A stretch of DNA of 41,641 nt from Candidatus Komeilibacteria bacterium (lineage in GTDB: Bacteria > Patescibacteriota > Patescibacteriia > UBA1558 > GWA2-36-10). The notes under the pieces were generated by a model, which saw only the letters and a program-made list of their open reading frames with translations, was not told the origin of the DNA and searched no databases. Positions within the stretch are counted from its first letter, which is position 1. Every line of letters starts with the position of its first letter. Positions 40,986 through 41,641 of the stretch are shown here, piece after piece. The position numbers and the translations under genes were made by a program. Where the stretch lies: NCBI GenBank assembly GCA_018656065.1, contig JABHZY010000023.1:1-41641 (forward strand), written 5' to 3'.

Positions 40986-41085
40986 GCCCTTCGACTATGC
41001 TCAGGACATTCGACTCTATGACTTCTATATTCGCTTACTGGTCGAAGACCGTGAGCGAAGTTTCACAAAGTGAAACGAAGTCGAA
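40986..41085 (-). repeat. 47-bp tRNA-anchored element, 26-bp spacer and inverted REP (doublet)
   Basis: Reverse complement TTCGACTTC-GTTTCAC-TTT-GTGAAAC-TTCGCTCACGGTCTTCGACCA (41039-41085), then CGAATGTCCTGAGCATAGTCGAAGGGC (40986-41012). Confidence 0.85.
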
Positions 41086-41160
<75 letters not shown>

Positions 41161-41201
41161 TTAAAATTAATTAAGCTCTATTTTTTAAAAAGCACTTAGG
41201 C

Positions 41202-41278
41202 TGGTGGGCATGGGAGGACTTGAACCTCCGACCCCCACATTATCAGTGTGGTGCTCTAACCAGCTGAGCTACATGCCC
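41202..41278 (-). tRNA. tRNA-Ile(GAT)
   Basis: Reverse complement GGGCATG...CCACA-CT-GAT-AA-TGTGG...ATGCCCACCA. Confidence 0.95.
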
Positions 41279-41317
41279 CAACAACCTAAAAGCTTTTTCA
41301 AGTGTACAACAGAAAAG

Positions 41318-41346
41318 ATAATACCAGAAAAATGATTTTTTGACAA
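41318..41346 (-). promoter_or_regulatory. Putative promoter for the tRNA Ile-Phe-Pro-Gly cluster
   Basis: TTGTCA-17nt-TATTAT with TGn. Confidence 0.55.
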
Positions 41347-41370
41347 GACCTACTAATAGAACATTTTTAC

Positions 41371-41402
41371 AAAAAAACCCCGCTAAGAGCGAGGGGGTTT
41401 TT
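41371..41402 (-). terminator. Terminator downstream of 16S
   Basis: AAAAAAACCCC-GCT-aag-AGC-gaGGGGGTTTTT hairpin. Confidence 0.65.
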
Positions 41403-41511
41403 AGTTTAATAACTTAGAAGTGATAACTTTTAGTCAATCTATCCTGTATAAATACAAGATTCGACTATGTAAGTAATCTATTTTGAGATGTGTTACTTAC
41501 TTATACTCCTT

Positions 41512-41641
41512 AGAAAGGAGGTGATCCATCCACAGCTTCCGCTACGGATGCCTTGTTACGACTTCACCCCTATCACCGATCTCACCTTCGTCCAACTAAT
41601 GTCAGCCTTCGGGTGCTACCGACTCTCTTGGTGTGACGGGC
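41512..41641 (-). rRNA. rrs: 16S rRNA 3' end (partial)
   Basis: Reverse complement GCCCGTCACACC...GAAGTCGTAACAAGG...GGATCACCTCCTTTCT; anti-SD present. Confidence 0.97.

Overview
AT-rich bacterial chromosome segment (standard code 11). Gene content and style suggest Patescibacteria/CPR, Parcubacteria-like (inference). It contains a 23S-5S rRNA unit with its own sigma70 promoter, about 23.7 kb from the 3' end of a 16S gene on the same strand, plus 11 intact tRNAs and a 3'-half tRNA-fMet-like fragment. Coding genes include a cobalamin scavenging trio (CobO/BtuR, DUF4430-like, S-component-like), pilT, an RluA-family synthase, gmk, rplS, a histone-H1-like Lys-rich protein, EndoQ, DsbA/DsbA/VKOR, a split transketolase, PGI/PMI and surface-glycan genes. 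The most striking unexplained structure is a family of short palindromic REP-like elements (core TTCGA-N-(G/A)CTCA). Five copies are fused to tRNA 3' ends so that the tRNA's CCA forms the left arm, some are nested or paired, and one is translated in-frame. Other oddities are a decayed att/recombinase-tail islet at tRNA-Asn, a membrane ORF fused to half a tRNA, scattered GC-richer Shine-Dalgarno-led single-gene units, and AT-rich insertions in the 23S. No CRISPR array, transposase, integrase or group I intron was seen. Product calls are from motif recognition, not database searches.
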